64,000 bases of DNA from Methanobacteriota archaeon. GTDB taxonomy: Archaea > Thermoplasmatota > Poseidoniia > Poseidoniales > Thalassarchaeaceae. Positions within the stretch are counted from its first letter, which is position 1; each line of letters starts with the position of its first letter. Of the stretch, positions 59,301-64,000 are shown piece after piece. A model generated the notes under the pieces. It had not been told where the DNA came from and did not search any database. It saw only the letters and a list, made by a program, of their open reading frames with translations. A program made the position numbers and the translations under genes. The stretch lies in NCBI GenBank assembly GCA_016845365.1, contig JAERST010000011.1, forward strand, positions 1,044-65,043. Reading direction: 5' to 3'.

Positions 59301-62300
59301 TAGAGCGGCACCTGAGCGGTCCATGATCCCAGTACCATTGCTGGAAAGTAGGGTGCCGCTGACATTGAATGATTCCCCAGCTACTGGATTATCTGTTACT
59401 TCAGAGACGTTCAGAGTGGTCGGTGAGCGCACCGTAATTTGGTTCATCACGGTGGTTGTAGAGTGGAGCGATGCAGTTCCGTTGAACATTAGGGTGACTC
59501 CGATTTGGCCGAGCGGATGGTCATGTGGGACATCGAAGGTGAAGTTGGCCAAGCCCTCTCCATTGGTGATTGTCTCAGTCAACCAAGTATTGTGGAACTT
59601 CGCTGCAACGGTCATTCCCGAGAGTCTCAGGTCATTATCCGTGTATTCTGTTAATCGCGCTCCGAATGTGACCGATGAACCGCGGTCAACTATCGTTTGA
59701 ATAATCGGAGTGCGATCCATGAATCGAGTCACTCCGCGGACTAGAATCGAAGCATTACCCGTTCCGGTGAGATAGAATGGACTGGTTCCCTCGAGGACGC
59801 TAACCACGACTGTCTTCGTCCCACTAGATACTCCATCTCCTCGTGGGTCGGTCGGCACCGAAACGGTGAACGAACCATTGTTTGTTGTGGTAAAGCTCGA
59901 CACCAATGTCTCACTGGTATCGTTGAGGAAGAAGACCTCTATCGCCATCGGTCCGTCGACGGAGCGATTATTGTCGAATCCGTCGAGTACCCTGCCACTA
60001 ATCGTGAATGCTTGACCCGCGGTCACCTCAGCAGGAATCGAATCGATGGCGACCGCGCTGTCGACCTGCACAGTCAGATTCACAAAGGACTCATTTCCAA
60101 TCCAGCGCCCGGCATTTGCAACGGTCAAATTGTCCGTCAAATCATCGGGCGCATGCACGCGCAGGTCGTAGAATCCAGGAACTGTGTTCGCGAGTAGTGT
60201 TGGGTTGAATCTAGCGATTCCATCAACATCGGTCGTAGTCGTATCGATGATGGTCTGATTCGCGCCACCCCAATCGAAGTAGAGGTCGACACTCGCGTCA
60301 GGTACAACCGAACCATCCGCGAGGTCGGTTACCGTCGCATTCAGTATCAGTGTGGTTCCGGCGACCACGATAATCGAGGTTGGAGCCGCCTCCACCACGA
60401 ATTCACTCTGAACCCCGATCGCCACACGAACAGGGTCGCCTACCACGAAGTATGGTCCGGGAGCGGGGGCGGTTGTGGCAAAGTCCAGTTGAATTCGCAT
60501 CATGTATACGCCTGAAGGAATATCACTTGGAATCGTGAATGAGTAGTTGTACTCACCAGTTGTCTCGTTAATCCAGCCCTCGGCTAAGCGGTGGATAATC
60601 GGCGGAGCCGGGCTGCCATCGGGCCCGGGTGGAAGGTCAGAAGGCTCCTCTAATTGAATGAGAATCGAAGAATTATTTCCGGTAACTGCAGTCAGATGAA
60701 CTACATCCTGAGCGATACCGGACACCCAATTCGTCATTCCGCGTTGAGTCCACTCTGAACCCAAATTGACCGTTACGTTCGACCGCCCTTGGATGCGAAT
60801 CATATCATCGGCTGTCGCTGCCGCCAACCAGGTCGAACCAGAGTAATTCATCTCCCAGGAATAATCTCCTGCGAGCATATTCCACTGTGGCATCCACACG
60901 ACGGTGTAGCGTCCTGAGGAAGGATCGGTAGTATTCCACACTTGAGTTCCGTTGAAATCTACGGTGTAGCTACCCGCGAAGTCAGCAACCGAGGTTCCCG
61001 TGTGGTCGGATAACTGCACATCGACCGCAGCCTGATGTCCTCTGGTCGTCGGATTCAATGTGTAACTGAATTCAACATAGGAACGAATTCCGTAAATCGA
61101 AGGGAATGTCTCTTCATCCGCAGCGAATAAGCCATCGGCATCGTAGGTGAACTTGACCTCGACCTCTCCAGCTGGAATGTCGACCACGGACTCATTGAAG
61201 TCCCAAGTCAAGGCGAATTGTCCTGGTGTCGAGGTCCAATTACTCGCGTTTAGGGCCCAAGTCTGCAATGTCGTGTAAGGTCCGTTTGTGCCGGTTCGTC
61301 GCATCGCGAATGTTAGGGTGCCATTGAGAGGCTCAGGCGAAGGGCCACGGCTAACTGCAGTTCCATTGATGAAAACCAACTCATTGATGTCCAGAATGCT
61401 CGCATTGGCGTCGATTCCCTCGAGTGATACTGTGAGATTTGGTGAAGGTGTGATATTGAAATTGAACGCCATCGTACTCGGACGCAAGTGGTACTCGGGA
61501 TTCGTCAAATTGTTGAGGTCATTTTGATGCCATCCGAGGAAGGCAAGGCTGGCGTTGATGAGACCCAATGGCTCACTTTCTGAAATTGGTACATTGAATT
61601 CGTAATAACCGCTCGCACCGACATCAGCAATCAAATTCACAGGGCCATCTTCGACAGTTGTGTAGTTGAGCAATACTTGCAGAGTATCTAGTTGGGCTGG
61701 ATCGGTCTGAGGTGGATTCGCCCAAGCGAGTGTGCCGGTTACCGTTGTGTTCACGCCGGCACCGAGCATCGGTTCGTTGGTCGGTGCTGGACTTGATATC
61801 GAGATGTCAACATCGTCTGTGATATTGATGGTCCATGGGAATGAGATTCCCTGCACTCCTACGTATCCTTGTGTATGTGTCAACAATACCAAGGAACCGT
61901 AACCCGGTTGAATCATCGCTGAAGGAGCGCCGTCGAATGAGAAGTAGCCTGTCTCATTGGTAGTTACTGTGCCGATTAGATGATTTGCGGTTGCCGCGCT
62001 TCCGGGGACATTTGCTGTATCGTTCGATGGAACGAGGTATAGGTCAAGGACGATTCCTTCGATCGACGTCGCATTACTTGCGAATTGGAGTGTACCATTC
62101 AGAGTAATATTACCAGACGAGTAGTCTCGCTCGTAGGAATCTGGTGACCAAGTCTCATTGACGACCTCGACAACCGACATATCTGGACAGGCTTGGAATG
62201 GAATCCATCCAAGGTCGAGTTCTCCTTGGTTGGCATTAGTCTGCAAATGAACCTCGACCCACCAACTGAAATCGTGGCCATAGACTTGGAATCCATTGTC

Positions 62301-64000
62301 TACCCAAGTTCCCCCCGAGAATCCTGTGACCTTTCGAGTTGGTAATTCGAGGGCGCGAAGTAGAGCGGCGAATACTGTTGCATATTCGTCACAATCACCC
62401 TCAAATGCCTCCTCAAGAATCCACACGCTGGTGTCTGTTAGCAGGTGGTTTTCGGCTGAATCACTTCGATTTGATCCTGCGTGATTTCGTAAGAAAGTCG
62501 TCGTATTATTGCCATTAATGAGGAATTGTTGCAGGGCGATTACCTGGTCCCACGCCGACGTCCAACCGCTTTCATTTACAATCGACCAAGCGATTCTGGA
62601 GATATTGTCAGCGGACTCGATTTTTCCAAGATCCTTCGCATAGGAACTATTCTGGAACGCTGTGGTATTATCACGAATAGCATCGGTCAATGTCACCTGT
62701 GTCGCTGTGACGTACAAGGTATCGACAATCGATGAATCGATGAGAACATCACGCGTGTAATTGGAGAAATTCAGTCCCGCATCAACATCGATCCAGTCGG
62801 TATAATTCACAGCATTGTACGGCGCAATCAACTCGTCTCCAGGATATAGAATTCCATTATTGCGGAATGATAATTCCCAGCCGTACAAAGTAGCGTCATC
62901 CCACAGATCCTGATGTGCAACACCCTGTAGGGTTGACCAACTTGGGAACATCGGAGTATATCCTACAAGGCTCGTGTTGACCCCCCACGAGACTCCAGTG
63001 TAGTAATCGTAGGTGTGCCAACGCCAGTAATGAGTTTGGTTGAAGTCGATTCCAGCAGTAGTGTTCTCAGCGAAGAAGTAGAGCATATTGGTTTGGAGAT
63101 CATCACTAGGGTCCCAAGGGTCCATCGATGCATCAGCGCAGTCATTTTCCCAGAAGGCCGGAGGACATTCATCCCCATCGGGAATACCTCCACCATCGGT
63201 ATCTGGGTCGCGCCAATCCGTGCCAATCTCTTGCTCGATGGTATCAGGGATTCCATCGCCATCGGTGTCGAGTGGGTTCATGTCATCATCGGGATTATTC
63301 TGCGGGTTGGTCCCATCGAGATACTCCTGATAATCTGTGACTCCACCGTTATCCGTATCGGTATTATTCCACAGCGTAGTGTAATTGTCAAGGGTCATAT
63401 TCCCACCCTCAAATCCGAATATCAGCGGGCACCCGGTATTGTTCTCGAACCAATTATTGAGACCGTCACCATCGAAGTCGGCGAGATTATCGCACGGTTC
63501 CATCGGGTCAGTTCCGTTGATGACTTCATCGAGGTCGCTGACGCTATCGCCGTCGGAATCGGTCATGTTCGGCATGGAGATGTAACCCCATGAACCGAGC
63601 GACTCTTCCCAATCGGCTAATCCATCGCCGTCACTATCTTTGTAATCGTCGTCACAATGAGGTTCATTCAGTGAACCGAGTGCAGGGTCCCAACACCAAG
63701 AACCGTTTACCACAACAACGAACATCGCATCAGACGGCATAGTAATCGAAACCGCTCTCAAAGTATTACCATTGAGGGATGAATATTGGAATGGAGTCCG
63801 ATTACCCGTCGCGGATTCGAACCATGCCATCGGTTCACCATTTTGTCGCCAGTCAACAGGGGTTGGGTCTAATCTTGAGGTATTATTGACAGTGAGAGAA
63901 TTGTCCGCCGGGACCCAAGCTACGATGTCGAGATAGAGTTCGTAGGTATTGGTACAAGGATCGGTAGCGTGGGCAGGCGTGAGCTCCGCACCATCATCAA
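56364..64000 (-). CDS. Giant (>2540 aa) transglutaminase-like (TgpA-type) surface protein with DxDGDG repeats, long beta-sandwich stalk, TM and DUF4129-like C-terminus (5'-truncated)
   Basis: Frame open to the window end; YWRWHTYDYYTG..W, GDCDEYA..FAALLRAL..PTR.VTGF, WVEV, GWIPF; C-terminal ETVREF...LDRIFEEARYS. Confidence 0.85.
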   Translation of the reverse strand, partial: DDGAELTPAHATDPCTNTYELYLDIVAWVPADNSLTVNNTSRLDPTPVDWRQNGEPMAWFESATGNRTPFQYSSLNGNTLRAVSITMPSDAMFVVVVNGSWCWDPALGSLNEPHCDDDYKDSDGDGLADWEESLGSWGYISMPNMTDSDGDSVSDLDEVINGTDPMEPCDNLADFDGDGLNNWFENNTGCPLIFGFEGGNMTLDNYTTLWNNTDTDNGGVTDYQEYLDGTNPQNNPDDDMNPLDTDGDGIPDTIEQEIGTDWRDPDTDGGGIPDGDECPPAFWENDCADASMDPWDPSDDLQTNMLYFFAENTTAGIDFNQTHYWRWHTYDYYTGVSWGVNTSLVGYTPMFPSWSTLQGVAHQDLWDDATLYGWELSFRNNGILYPGDELIAPYNAVNYTDWIDVDAGLNFSNYTRDVLIDSSIVDTLYVTATQVTLTDAIRDNTTAFQNSSYAKDLGKIESADNISRIAWSIVNESGWTSAWDQVIALQQFLINGNNTTTFLRNHAGSNRSDSAENHLLTDTSVWILEEAFEGDCDEYATVFAALLRALELPTRKVTGFSGGTWVDNGFQVYGHDFSWWVEVHLQTNANQGELDLGWIPFQACPDMSVVEVVNETWSPDSYERDYSSGNITLNGTLQFASNATSIEGIVLDLYLVPSNDTANVPGSAATANHLIGTVTTNETGYFSFDGAPSAMIQPGYGSLVLLTHTQGYVGVQGISFPWTINITDDVDISISSPAPTNEPMLGAGVNTTVTGTLAWANPPQTDPAQLDTLQVLLNYTTVEDGPVNLIADVGASGYYEFNVPISESEPLGLINASLAFLGWHQNDLNNLTNPEYHLRPSTMAFNFNITPSPNLTVSLEGIDANASILDINELVFINGTAVSRGPSPEPLNGTLTFAMRRTGTNGPYTTLQTWALNASNWTSTPGQFALTWDFNESVVDIPAGEVEVKFTYDADGLFAADEETFPSIYGIRSYVEFSYTLNPTTRGHQAAVDVQLSDHTGTSVADFAGSYTVDFNGTQVWNTTDPSSGRYTVVWMPQWNMLAGDYSWEMNYSGSTWLAAATADDMIRIQGRSNVTVNLGSEWTQRGMTNWVSGIAQDVVHLTAVTGNNSSILIQLEEPSDLPPGPDGSPAPPIIHRLAEGWINETTGEYNYSFTIPSDIPSGVYMMRIQLDFATTAPAPGPYFVVGDPVRVAIGVQSEFVVEAAPTSIIVVAGTTLILNATVTDLADGSVVPDASVDLYFDWGGANQTIIDTTTTDVDGIARFNPTLLANTVPGFYDLRVHAPDDLTDNLTVANAGRWIGNESFVNLTVQVDSAVAIDSIPAEVTAGQAFTISGRVLDGFDNNRSVDGPMAIEVFFLNDTSETLVSSFTTTNNGSFTVSVPTDPRGDGVSSGTKTVVVSVLEGTSPFYLTGTGNASILVRGVTRFMDRTPIIQTIVDRGSSVTFGARLTEYTDNDLRLSGMTVAAKFHNTWLTETITNGEGLANFTFDVPHDHPLGQIGVTLMFNGTASLHSTTTVMNQITVRSPTTLNVSEVTDNPVAGESFNVSGTLLSSNGTGIMDRSGAALAAFLTFEIDGDDSGFQVSGGSVNPNGTWSAVITLGLSFPRGTHSIAATYTPTVNYYSSSSGIGTFDSRGYSLITIVDPADLDPDRRVVRGNDVSVNISLIDNAGQLVGNANVDVLVDGTVLQTVPTDVDGRATIVIPVEATREQGPMLITAEFAGINGTTGLNGDSTWTRVIVLAPSVLEITEMTGSMIAGESITFTGTLLDEHGQALTNGGLFSGGIIHIWIDGVDVGSAYTTRTNASSGEWSVTYNLPLDTDYGAHLVTAKFLGGFTWVDPMGQGDSLNPEYYLPSSTTEMFNVTQTSQVVLTTPPGEVDRNELLLIEGMLTDGAGRALGDRYLEVTMNGQFLTGLTVESNGTFSIFVPIPPDMPLGPRLVKITYAGEEFILASNSTTVFTVYGPAIVHVDPPVAHAVGDELRLTGTVRDNLPDGWLANHSIEIFIDGTLMGITSTDENGDWSYNWVISDFLDVGFHTLTISAPAQGYHRPGSIDANLTIAYHTGMNLQVDDVSVTRGEKWNFTGRLFDADTAGAPGLVGREIIVTLNGEEIHRTTTGYDGNFKFDHAIGYLIARGGHDVRFTFEGQTFYLPVEYNMTVFARADVVIELLWQTDIIIRSNDAYDIELVGRIVEVGGEGDVIEEMELALLWDGVAERSTVLWDESTGHFELSSPARSTMPAGELSLQLAALSDAERYLNSATIEHVVNIRVPVTFTFNPEGHHIKENQRVIQGNVTITAKDTGLPVEGISIVARLVNSSMIHFQNVKLTDSNGVMDYRFEIENQPSFYDKSRWGDLTLIFQTDSQLISPADRFWLANEHGGIQMTYQDPAPPLTFWQIIAVVGVILILGTAAGLALSLRRRRQAALEEMAGIFSYTAELLAAGDEIREAIFNCYESLCNILMRHGFLRRDFETVREFEMAIRKALPIGEQALVALDRIFEEARYSSHRLGDGHRQNAQHALSMVLQEIDELQDVPERDSYELTEAAA

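Overview
Archaeal chromosomal segment. Archaeal AlaRS, rpoE'/spt4/rps24e/rps27ae, archease, RtcB and D-aminoacyl-tRNA deacylase, together with several giant acidic surface proteins, point to Marine Group II (Poseidoniales)-like Thermoplasmatota; this is an inference. The window has about 44 CDSs, tRNA-Thr(GGT) and tRNA-Ser(GGA). I found no rRNA, CRISPR array, integrase or transposase. Five large secreted or anchored repeat proteins occupy about 24.8 kb (about 39%). Highlights: (1) a >2,540-aa TgpA-like protein with an apparently degenerate transglutaminase triad and a ~1,800-aa stalk; (2) four 25-bp tandem copies of the alkA 3' end that differ almost only at synonymous sites; (3) a polar amino-acid ABC permease fused to a YCF48/BNR-like beta-propeller, with no binding protein nearby; (4) a lysine-less biotinyl/lipoyl-like domain inside a Ca-binding repeat protein; (5) a receiver-receiver-PEP-synthase-like protein near gdhA; (6) a tandem V4R-like protein; (7) an antisense copy of the tRNA-Ser 3' end with nested hairpins; (8) a long 5'-UTR hairpin before the rpoE' operon; (9) a ~30-bp dispersed gene-end repeat; (10) kb-scale G/T versus C/A skew switches within genes. 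All calls come from reading motifs by eye; no searches were run.
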